Below, in pieces: positions 38,764 through 49,910 of a DNA stretch of 64,000 bases. Numbering within the stretch: the first letter of the stretch is position 1; every line of letters starts with the position of its first letter. The stretch is from Chiloscyllium plagiosum (taxonomy: Eukaryota). The DNA lies in assembly GCF_004010195.1 (NCBI RefSeq), contig NC_057757.1, positions 2,050,985 through 2,114,984 of the forward strand, given 5' to 3'. Made by a program: the position numbers and the translations under genes. The notes under the pieces are model-generated. The model saw only the letters and a program-made list of their open reading frames with translations. It made no database searches and was not told the DNA's origin.

Positions 38764-39816
38764 CTGGAATACAAAAGGGAACGCCCGTCAGACTGGGAAT
38801 GCAAACCAATGACATCGGTTAGGCCACTCTCGGAATACTGCGTGCAGTTCTGTTGTAGGAGAAAATCCGCTACCCTGTCCACCCACAGTATGGCCACAAA
38901 CAGCATAAGGAACCATGTCTGCTAGGCCACAACTGAAACTACCCAGAGTGCCTCAGCCTTCATCAAACAGACTAACTAAGACTCAAGGCAGCAAACAGGG
39001 AGATGACTCAAGCCACTTCCAGACTGGGGAATACATTTCCCGAGACAGCCTGACAATAGACTTCCTCACCCTCAGTAACCACAACCCCTCCCAAATCCCT
39101 AAGGCCAGCCTCGCTCCTCACACATACTGAATGCAGTATTCCAAAAGCTGAAGGACAGTAGAAGGGGAGAGATTATAACGACAAAGGGATGGAGGTTACG
39201 AAAACAGAAATTGCTGGAAAAGCTCAGCAGGTCTGGCAGCACACGTGGAGAGAAATCAGAGTTAACGTTTTGGATTGAGCGACCCTTTTGAGGAGAAGTG
39301 ATGGAGGTTTCCAAACGACAAGGTGTTGTTGATGGGGGTCATGAAGAGAGATAAAACGTTTCACAGCACAGAAACAGGCCATTCAGCCCATACACTGCAG
39401 TGTAGGGATAGGTTGAATAGGCTGGTGTGGTTTTCCCTGGAGCGTCGGAGGCTGAGGGTTGATCTTATAGAGGTTTATAAAATCATGAGGGGCATGGATA
39501 GGGTAAATAGGCAAAGTCTTTTCCCTGGGGTGGGGGAGTCCAGAACTAGAGGGCATAGGTTTAGGGTGAGAGAGGAAAGATATAAAAGGGACCTTGGGAT
39601 ATCTGGTTGGCATGGACGGGTTGGACCGAAGGGTCTGTTTCCACGCTGAACATCTCTATGACTGGCTTTCCCAGCCACTCCCTGTACTTCCCCAGGGCTC
39701 CGGGAGTCTGGAAATCTGTCTTATTGCAGCAACACGGTTCCAGCGTTGGCTCCCAGGCACCAGGGCAACAACTGGCCACCCCATTACTCGTGCCGGTGGG
39801 CGGTTGGCACACTCAC

Positions 39817-40254
39817 CGACCCTTCTCTGGCAGCGATGCCTGTTTTGCGGTTCCGCTCTCGGGCCTGTTGCCTCTCGTCCTCCTGTAGCTGGAGGCCGGC
39901 GATGTGACTCTCCAGGGTCTCCCAGTTCATGATGGGCAGCTCGCTCGCTGCTGCCTCCGACGGAGAGGTGCCCTCGGCAGGGGGTGGGGGCCCAGCCGGC
40001 GCCGCTCGGAGCCCCCAGCTAGACAGGCTGCCTGTCGGACTGGCACTGCTACCCTCCCCCACGGCCAGGCCGACTGGTCCATCCTGCGCCTGACCCTCGG
40101 GCGTTCTCAGCTCGCAGTCCTGAAAGCCCTCGTCGTCGGAGGAGCTGGATCCCAATCCCACCGGGGGCTTCTGCCCGGAGAGCCGGAACCTTCCGGAATC
40201 TGGCCTCGCCGTCAGGGAACTGAAGAGTTCACCTCCCGAATCCATACCATAGCT
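39817..40254 (-). CDS. SCHIP1-like coding exon 1 (SYGMDSGGE...PIMNWETLESHIAGLQLQEDERQ...EGS)
   Basis: Acceptor after a long pyrimidine tract (...tgcag), donor TCG|gtgagt; ATG at 40245. MNWETLESHIAGLQLQE resembles recalled SCHIP1 MDWEALERHLAGLQFRE, and GMD resembles SCHIP1 DGMDLG. Confidence 0.85.
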
Positions 40255-40768
40255 CTGCACCATTAAAAGAAAATAACAAGAGAGAAGGACATCCAGTTAG
40301 TCAGTGGCAATGTTACTGGAATTACAGCTGAGACATTAATCTTCTGGGGACATTTGTTCAAATCCCACATCAACAACTCACAAAACTTGCATTTGACCAA
40401 TCAAATGGGTCAGCACTTAAAAATGACAGGACATATGTACCAAGTGCAGGTGAATGGGATTGGCATCAGTTGGTGAGCGGTACAGACATGGTGAGGCACA
40501 TGCTAAGTCTGGAACAGAAATCTCTCCTCAGTGACGAGAAACCAGGCGTTGTAAAAGTCCATCTGGGGGGGTCACTAAAGCACGCAAGGGAACAAAATCT
40601 GCCATCCTTGCCCGCTCTGGCCTACACATGACTCCAGACCCACGGCAATGGGGTTGATTCTTAACTGCCCTCTGAAATGGTGGCACGGTGGCTCACTGGT
40701 TAGCACTGCTGCCTCACGGCGCCAGGGACGCGGGTTCGATTCCAGCCTCGGACGACCATCTCAGTGTC

Positions 40769-40968
40769 AAGACTGGAGTGGTGCTGGAAAAGCACAGCAG
40801 GCCAGGCAGCATCCGAGGAGCAGGAAAATCGATGTTTCGGGCAGGAGCCCTTCATCAGGAATCATCCTGATTCCTGCTCCTCAGATGCTGCCTGGCCTGC
40901 TGCGCTTTTCCAGCACCACTCCAATCTTGAGTCTGATCTCCAACATCTGCAGTCCTCACTTTCGCCTA
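40769..40968. mobile_element. Fold-back PLE-type short repeat inserted in a SINE
   Basis: Inverted arms gtggtgctggaaaagcacagcagg... / ...cctgctgcgcttttccagcaccac; interrupts the SINE at 40680-41130. Confidence 0.7.
40831..40858 (-). ncRNA. Minimal hammerhead ribozyme core
   Basis: Reverse strand reads CTGATGA-A-GGGC-TCCT-GCCC-GAAA-CA-TC. Confidence 0.55.
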
Positions 40969-42012
40969 CACTCTTCCCAGGACTGTGTGGGTTTCCTCCG
41001 GTCTCCTCCAGGTGCAGGTTAGAGTGGGTTGGCCATGGGAAATGTTGGGTTATGGGGATCGGGAAGGGGGGTACAGGTGGGATGCTAATCGGAAGGTTGG
41101 GGTGTACTCAATGGGCCGAACGGCTTCTGCTTTCACTTCGGCATTTTGTGGACAACAGAAAACACTTTGGAGTTCTGTAAGGAAATGTCTGGGACAGCAA
41201 ACAGGAAACTGGAGGATTATCACATCAGCCAGGATCTCACTGAATGGCTGAGCAGGATCCAATGGGCTAAATGGCCTACTTCTCCTGACAAAGAGGTCAG
41301 TTTTCAGACATGGTGAGAGAGTGAAAGAGTGTGAGTGTGTGTGAGAGAGAGGGAGAGTGAGGGAGGGGGAGGGAGTGGGAGTGGGAGGGAGTGAGAGGGA
41401 AAGGGAGGGAGGGAGTGGGAGGAACTTGTGGGGAGGCTACATATCTTGGAGGGTTGCTGGACTGGAGGAGGTTAAAGAGATCACTTGGTTAGAACATCAT
41501 GGGTTTAAGGGCTGTGTTCGATCACAAGCAAAAACAAAAAAAACAGCACGAGCACAATCCAGTCCCAGCTGCTCTCAGGTGAAAAACGTTTGAACTGGCT
41601 TTTCAAAGGTTAAAGTACACAGGCAGAGCACAGAAACATGACTTACTGTAGTCCCTTGATTACAGAAGATTGAGCAGTGACAGATAATCGCCTCCAATGT
41701 TTGAAAACCAGAAAACAAGGAGCACAATATTACATCTCAACTGAGGTGGAGTTGGGACATTCCCCTAAATGGCTTGCGATAAGAGCTGGCATTTGTATAG
41801 CACCTCTCTCGCAACCCTCAAAGCACTTAGCCATTAGTGGGTCTCATCTGCTGGGACACGGAAGATGCAGTGACCAATTCGCACACAGCAAGCTCCAGCA
41901 GACAGCAGTGAGTAATTAACGTGATCAGATTTCGATGATAGTAGATTCGAGGGATAAACGTCGATCCCAAGAAAGTGGGGAGCACACCCCGGTGCCACCA
42001 ACCTCCCTTTCA

Positions 42013-42644
42013 CCCCTTCATGGTATGCTTGCCTTTATTGGTCAGTGTATCAAGTGTAGGAGTTAGGAGGTCATGTTGCGACTGTAGGGGACATTGGTTA
42101 GGCCTCTTGGAATACCGCGCTCGGTTCTGGTCTCCCTACTGTCGGAATGATATTGCTAAACATGAAAGGGTTCAGAAAAGATTAACAAGGATGTTGCCAG
42201 GATTAGAGGATTTGAGCTATAGGGAGAGACTGAATAGGATGGGGCTTTTTCCCTGGAGTGTCGAAGGCTGAGGGGTGACCTTATCGAGGTTTATAAAATC
42301 ATGAGTGCCATGGATAGGGTGGATAGTCAAGGTCTTTTCCCCAGGGTAGGGGAGTCCAAAACTAGAGGGGCATCGGTTTAAGGTGAGAGAGGAAAGTTTA
42401 AAAGGGACTTCAGGGGCAACCTTTTTCACACAGAGGATGGTGCGTGTATGGAATTAGCTGCCAGAGGAAGTGGTGGGTGCTGGTACCACGACATTTAAAA
42501 GGTATCTGGATGGGCGTATGAATAGGAAGGTTTAAGAGGGATATGGGCCAAATGCTGGCAAATGGGACTAGATTAATTTAGGATATCTGGTCAGCATGGA
42601 CGAGAAGGACCAAAGGATCTGTTTCTGTGCTGTATCACTCTATG
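42013..42644 (+). mobile_element. CR1 3' fragment
   Basis: LLEYRARFWSPY...ERVQKRLTRMLPGLE; 3' tail. Confidence 0.85.
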
Positions 42645-43002
42645 GGGTGTCTGAAGAAGGCAGGACTGGTTTTACCTGAGGGGTGGCGCCTCTGACAGTG
42701 CGGCACTCCCTGCGCAATGGCACAGGGTGTGCGCACCCACATGGTTTACAGCCAGTAGTGACTGGCTGTTAAAGAGGGCAGATCCCACAGGATGGGTGTG
42801 CAAAGTGCCCAATATGGGAGCCAAGGCAGAGAGAGAGATGGGGTACGCGTGAGGAATTTCAATAGGCAAGTCACATTGGGACTGGAGGATAATCCCAGCC
42901 TCTTGAGAATTGAAGGAATCTGGGGGAGGGAAGGGGGGGGGGTGTTGAGGGGTGGGGGAAGAGGCTTGCTTTAACGCAGAAAAATAAAGTCTGTCCACTC
43001 AC

Positions 43003-43650
43003 ATGTATAAAAATAACCCTCCCAGGGTTGGCCCTATTGCTACTGAAACGTGAAGGGGGTTTTAAAATGCTTGACTTTTCACTGAATATCACTCAGTTTC
43101 CATGAAAACTGAAATCGAGCCAACCCCTACCGAGGGACAGCAATCACAGGAAGTCTCACTAATCGCGCTGTTTAAGATACTCACACAAACGCATTCCTAG
43201 TTTAAAGTGAAGTTTCCTTCGGTCTTTTTTTTTTTAACTTCCGGGTTTCCAATCTCTGAGAATTTTTTCTCCCCCCTCTCCTATTCCCGAAGTGTGAAAC
43301 TCACCAAAAAGGGACGTGGATTCCAATTCCAGTTATCAGTGTCTGCTCTCTCTCCTCCCAAAAACTGTAGCCCGGCCCAACCCAGTGCAGCCAACTCACT
43401 CCTGGATTCCCTTCCTCTTAAACTTATGAAATCAGACTGACTGCTAAGTTCCTTTCCAACTTTTTCTCGCTGTTTTAACTCCTCCCAGTTCACTGGAGAG
43501 TCGGGGAGCTGTCACTTTCTCTCTCTCTCTCCCCACCTCCAGCAATAACTAGCATCTGATGCACTGATCTGTCAGTCAAGCCTTCGGCCACAGTAAATCC
43601 AGCAGTAAAGTGGCCTTTCAAACGCCCCGCGTAGCTCATGATTAATGCAA
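43003..43650 (-). promoter_or_regulatory. Candidate promoter and 5' exon region of the SCHIP1-like gene
   Basis: Repeat-free segment with minus-strand donors (gtgagt near 43184 and 43002) and an ETS-like CCGGAAG motif. A further candidate small exon ends at about 41647 (ACA|gtaagt). Confidence 0.4.
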
Positions 43651-45754
43651 ATAAACTCAACAGAATTAGATTTTAAGTCAGAAATCTGCTGTAACGTCCC
43701 AACGCAGGAATACTAACCGATGCACATGGAGGAGATGGGGACACCACTGAAAGGTTTGACAGAGGTGGTCATGGAAACACACCCCTCAGTCCAACTAGTT
43801 CATAATCCCAAACTAATCTAGTCCCACCTTCCTGCTCCTGGTCCATATCCCTCCAAGCCTTTCCTATTCAGACAGACTGTGTGTATGTGTGAGTGAGAGA
43901 GTGAGTGTGTGAGTGTGAGAGAGTGCCTTTGCATGGATCTATCTGGTTGTGGCTCTGTGTTTTTGCCTGTGCCTATGGGTGGGCAGCTCTCTGCATCTTT
44001 TGTGACTTTACTGGCTCTTAGGGAGTCCACAATGACTCTGTGTGGAACGTAGCCACACTACCAATACCTTGGACATGAAGCTAAAGGTGAAATTAAGGAT
44101 GAAGAGAGGCCATGGGGTATTCCCCCCACACATGAACCCTCCTGCTAAAACTCATCACCCTAGTATCCCAGGGCAAAAGATCCAGAGGAGTAGAATAAAG
44201 TTCGGAAAATGGAGAGCAAGTAGGACGAGAGGCAACCTGATAGAAATTTATACAGTAGTGCGGGTTGTAGATGGAGTCAGTGAGAGTTGTCGTTTCCCTA
44301 GGATGGGGAATTTCAAGACCAGGGGCACATTTTTAAGGGGAGACAAGAGAGATTTTAAAAAGACACGGGGGGGGGGGGGGGGCAACATTTTTACACAGAG
44401 AATGATTCGCGTGAGGAATGAACTTCTAAAGGAGGTGGTGGATGCAGGTAGAGTTACAATGTTTAAAAGACATTTGGATAAGGACATGAATAGGAAAGGT
44501 TTGGAGGGGTATGGGCCAGGAACAGGCAGGTGGGACTAGTTTAGTTTGGAGATTATGGTGGGCAACGCACTGTTTGAACCAAAGGGTCTGTTTCTGTGCT
44601 GTTCTGTAAGACTCTATGACCTTTCCTATTCATGTGCTTATCCAAATGTCTTTCGAGTGTTGCAACGTACCCACATCCACTACTTCCTCTGATAGTTCAC
44701 TCCACACACTGACCCACTCTCAGTGTAGAAAGGTTGCCCCTCATTGTCCTTTTAAAATCTTCCCTCTCTCGCCTTAAGAAAATGCCCCCGGTTTTGAACT
44801 CACCCATCCAAGGGAAAATATCTTGGCTATTCACGTTACCTATGCCTCTCATGATTTTCATAAACCTCTTAAAGGTCGCCCCTCAACCTGCTGTGCTCCA
44901 AATGGGGGAAAAGAAGGTAGATTTAAAACAGCCCAGGAGGAGTAGAGTAGGGGAAAGCAGAGAGATTTACAGAAGAGAATTCCAGAGCTTGGAGTGCCAA
45001 TCAGCTGAAAGTACAGCACCAATGATGGTGGGAATTGAGGGTTGCCCCAAGAGGCCAGATTTAGAGGAATGCAAAGATCTCTGAGGGATATGGGCCTGGA
45101 GGAACATACAGAGATAAGGAGCTGATACAAGGCCACAGAGGGATTTGAAAGATGCAAGAATGACTTCTAGACAAGAGGAGACACCAAAGTTTGAAGCAGC
45201 CTCAGTGTAAGTTAGAATACAGGGCAAGGTCAAAATCATAAACGGTAGAATGCCAGTCTGGGATTCTTAGAATAATAAATCACGATAGGTATTTATAACA
45301 GGAATTCACAACAGCATTGACAGCCACTCAATATCTTGGCAGCGTCCACTGCCCATCATGTATTTCCCTTACAGAATACCTGGACACAGACAAGATCAGA
45401 GGTAGACAGCCATGGAATGTACACTTTCTGAATCTATTGCTAACCTTGCAAGATTGAAGCCTGACCCGGCTGCATCACTTTAAGGGAACTGAGACTATGG
45501 TGTCCACCATTTATAAGGCATGGGTCAGAAATGTGTACTCTCCAACATGCCATTCAGCTCAACATCATCCATGACAATGCAACCCCACATGATTGGCACC
45601 CCATACGTCTTAAATGTTCACACTCTCCACCACCACTAGAGTGGTAGCACCTGGAGGTCCGTTAGTCCCACCAGGCAGAACCAAGACTGACACTCCCACT
45701 ACACAACCAAGGGAATGCTGTGCTGTCGGAGATGCTGTCTTCTGGAACAGTATG

Positions 45755-45972
45755 GATTAGAGAGGTGCTGGAAAAGCGCAGCAGGTTAGGCAGCATCCGA
45801 GGAGCAGGAAAATCAATGTTTCAGGCAAAAGCTCCTCATCAGGAATGGATGAAGGGCTTTTGCCCGAAATGTTGATTTTCTTGCTCCTCAGATGCTGCCT
45901 GATCTGCTGTGCTTTTCCAGCACCACTCTAATCTTGACTCTGGTTTCCAGCATCTGCAGTCCTTGTTTTTAC
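45755..45972. mobile_element. Fold-back PLE-type short repeat
   Basis: Inverted arms meet at about 45845; CTGATGA on the minus strand at 45836-45842 and a truncated core on the plus strand. Confidence 0.7.
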
Positions 45973-47452
45973 TTTCTGGAACAATATGTTTAACCAAGGC
46001 AGTCTGTCTGCTCAGTGTCTCCCTCTCACGAACTGAAATCCATGGGTGGTGGCTAACACCCCTCCTTCAATCAATCACATCCAAAACAGATCATTTACCA
46101 TCCCTGACATCTTGCCTAACAGAGTTGTGAGTGCATGGAATGTGTTGCCAGCTGAGGTGGTGGAAGCAAAGTCATTGGGGACATTTAAACAACTGCAGGA
46201 CATGTACATGGATGGCAATGAGTTGAGGGGTGCGTAGGTTATTACTCTATTTTACATTAGGATTAAGTCTCAGCACAACATCGTGGGCCTAAGAAAAGTA
46301 CAGCACAGAACGGGCCTTATGTTCTAAGCAGTGACTGGGCTTTCGAAATCACTTTAGGATGTGGTAAGAGCCTATTTCAAGTGCAGCCTTTCCCATACTC
46401 CTGAAGGATGAGAGGGGTGACAAAAGAAAAAAATAGGTTAAGAATGGAGTTATAGAATATGGCGGCGTATGAGTTAAAAGGTGGCTAGCAGAAATAGTGG
46501 TGCAGAGGGAATTAGGTGTAATCTGGTAGCAGGGTGCAAGAACAGGAGGACATTTATTTATCAGGAATAAGAGGAGCCTATTCCATCTGTTGTACAGAGG
46601 ACAACAAACTGATTTATTCTGGCAAAGAAATCAGTAGCTTGCTTTTTGTATCAGTGCACAGTGGTATCACTGACTAGAGAAGCCAGCCTGCCGTTTCCAA
46701 GAGCCTGAGATCTTTGTGTTGTTACAACTCTGGCCTCCTGCATCTTCTTTCTCCCTTCACAACTGACGTTATAAGAAGGACCTAAATACGTTCCCTCCCT
46801 AAACTTCTCCCCTCCCTTGAGAAGCTCCTTAAAACCTATCTCTTCAATGAAGTCTGTCCTAACATCTCACTTTGTTGTAGCATGAATTTCATTTGACAAC
46901 TGGTCCAATGGGATGGTTAGATTGGTTCAAGATGCTACATTGATGTAACTTGTTGTTGGCTGAAATCCTGCAGTTGCACTCACCCTTACTGGCCATGAGA
47001 TGGCATCTCATACACACTGCAGGGATGGCTTCAGGGAGCTGCTGGATGAAATTGAATTTGACAGTCCCAGTTCTGTGGCTGACAGTGATTTTACAGGATA
47101 GTTCTGTGCACGGGTGCTTTCAAAACAATGTTTAATTCATTGCTCATCACTAGTCACCCTGATAACTGACCGGTATTGCATTGATGTAGCAACATATTCC
47201 AAGAAAATACTGGTGACTGAAAGCTGGTCTCGAATATGAGTAACTTGCAGGGTCGCCAACAAAGGTGGAGTGTAGAGAAGCACTGCTCCCTCACACAGAA
47301 CCAGCACAGGCACAGCGGGTCGATTGGTCTCATTTGGCACTATATGTTCCCACAAAGGGGAGCAGACAGAATTCTCCAGCAAAACGCAGTCGGTAAAGGG
47401 AAATACAAATGAGCAAAGAAGAACCCATGCTAACTTTGATCTGCAATTTTTT

Positions 47453-47458
47453 TTTATT
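47453..47458 (-). terminator. Candidate polyadenylation signal (AATAAA) for WRAP53 or a downstream minus-strand transcript
   Basis: tttatt on the plus strand, in non-repeat sequence with 3'-UTR-like composition. Confidence 0.4.
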
Positions 47459-49594
47459 GATGACATACAAAACAGTACAAAAGTCAAACTCTGCAAAACA
47501 CTCCCAGGCAACATGCCCAAAATACTAAGAAACAGGAAGACTCCTGACAGATGTTCCTAGCACTTGCCATAAACAGTTAACATGCTCAGTTAAAGTGTGC
47601 ATTTCATTGTGAGATAGTCAGTCTAGGTCACCCCTGAACAGACTGTTCATTTTTTCAAGACTTCTGTTTGTTTGTCCAGACTTGCCATTATTGCCCCACA
47701 TGAGAAATATTTCCATTGCTCTGCCCTACTCTCATAGATCAATTCCCCACCTCCCTCCCCACACAACCAAGCAGTGAAACAACAGCCCAAAAGGAAACAG
47801 AAAATGGCTCTGCTCGACTGGCTGCTTCCTGGGCGATAGTGGGTGACGGCCTAAAGCCCAATCCCACTCACCCTGGCACGGAGCATCCAGACAAGGTGCA
47901 AGTTGGTCCATTTCCCAGCCACAAGGTGAGGTCTTCGTGCTGCCAGGTCAAATCAGTGCCCCACACTGATCCTCACCCTAATCACAGTGGACGACAACGG
48001 GTCACCTCGAATGCAGGGGTGGGAGGGGCTTTGCCACTTTGAGAACACTGATGCGAGGTGGTAAGGCAGGCATGGCGGAGAATTCACTTCTGTGACAAGA
48101 AGCTTCTTTTTTTATATTAAAAATAGTACACTTCTGAAATAGGTAAAACTCCATACAACTTATTCAACAGATGAAGATCAAATAGATCTCTATGGGGATG
48201 GAGAGAGCCCCTTCGAAGTGCACGTGAACCAACTCAGTTACGATAGGGGCTATTCCACATGCAGGCTGTCCAACTGTACATTTATACTATTTGGGACCAT
48301 GCATTGGAAACTAGCTGTCCTCAATACCCTGCCCGTTATTAACGTTGCACCTTTTCACTCGGCCCTTGGGAGTGGGGAATCTGCAACTTACCCTTGGCTC
48401 CTGAATCCCTACCCTGGAACCTAAACCCACCCACTCTGCCTCCTCCTTGCCCTCTGCTCCCTGTGGCTGTGAAAAAGAGAAAGCGAGAGAGGGAGCGAGA
48501 GAATTCTGTTGCTTCGTGGTCCCAAGCTCAGGGAGCCCTAGCTGTTCCCAGGAGGACCAGGTCTGGTCTAAGCTCCAGCTGCATCTCGGAAGATTGCGAA
48601 GAACAGCAATGCTGAGGGAGGCCAGCAACTCTAAAGACTTGTTACGAACATCAGTTGAAGCGAGCTGCTCTAACAATCAGCTGGCAAGACAAACAAAAAA
48701 TAGTCTTTGATAATAATCAAGACACAGGTTAGAGTCGGCCCCGTTTAGCCCCCAGTCAGCCCAAACTGATGGTTATTGAAAGGGGACCTGAATCCCTGCT
48801 TTGTTGCCTGCAGCTGCTAGTTATAGGACCCCTGTCGCAGAGGGAGCCCCATCTGCAGTCAATTAAGTGCCAGCCCCAAGCACAGCTCCCTGGCCTCGAC
48901 TTCAGTCAATGTTGTTTCTGGAAGCAGAGCTACGAGGTCTCCCTGCACAGGCCAAGGGTGAAACGTCATCGCCCTGGTAGCCAATTCCTGTGGTGTTTTG
49001 CTTTTGAAAGAAAGGCAAAAGAGCCAGGATTGCAGAATATGATCCATCCTTCAAAATTATCAAAACATTCCCGCGTTATTAAGACAGGAAACTTAATCTA
49101 TCCGCGGCAGTGGCCCCTGATTAGAGGGAATATTGGCCTCTTGCGGATTTGTAGGCAATGGAAAACAAGGGTGAATCGTGCACCGCGGAACCTGTTTTGA
49201 AAAAAAACCACAAACATAAACAGAGTAACTTTAATCGAGTCACATGTAAACTTCTGGCGCCGGTCGGTGTTTTTCAGTTCCGTGCTCCAATGAATAGGTC
49301 ACTTGTGAAATAACATACACCACTCTACAGCAAGTAGCCTTGTGCTCTCACCAAGGCAAGGTGCCCTGTTTCAACTTCAAAACCATAAAATGATAAACAG
49401 AGAGGAGATGTTTTCATTTGTAAATGAAGACCCCAGACAAGACAATGGCTATAAGATCGAATAAACAGGGAGTTCAGGGAAGGTTCACTCGGCTGATTCC
49501 TGGGACAAAGGAGGAAAGGTTCAGCAGGAGTTTCGAAGGACCAGGGGTGATCTTATTGAGACGTACAATGGGAAGGGCGAGAGGGATAGATCTC

Positions 49595-49910
49595 AGAATC
49601 CCTACAGTGTGGAAGCAGGCCATTGGGCCAATCAGGTACTCACTGACTCTCCAAAGAGCATCCCACCCTATTCCAGTAACCCCACTTTTCCCATGGCTAA
49701 CCCACCTCATATGCACATCCCTGTCCACAATGGAACAATTTAGCATGGCCAATCCACCGCAACCTGCACATCTTTAGACTGTCAGAGGAAACATATGCAG
49801 ATATGGGGAGAATCTGTGCAGAGTTTACACACAGTCTCCCGAGGCTGGAATTGAATCCAGGACCCTGGTGCTGAGAAGCACCAGAGCTAACCACTGAAGC
49901 ACATGCCACC
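49595..49910 (-). mobile_element. HE1-type SINE
   Basis: Homologous to the 33056 element. Confidence 0.7.

Noticed and set aside
38694..38815. Frame reading AAGQKENGEIQLLG, superficially like SCHIP1 AQKNERE
   Set aside because: It is incompatible with the phase-0 donor upstream and the phase-2 acceptor downstream; the PRGRRRMERF frame fits both.
47031..47152. Possible C/D snoRNA (GTGATGA ... CTGA on the minus strand)
   Set aside because: No terminal stem or recognisable rRNA guide; such short motifs are expected by chance.
48311..48710. ORFs on both strands downstream of WRAP53
   Set aside because: Non-ATG starts, no recognisable domain, and stops in all frames just after the candidate acceptor.
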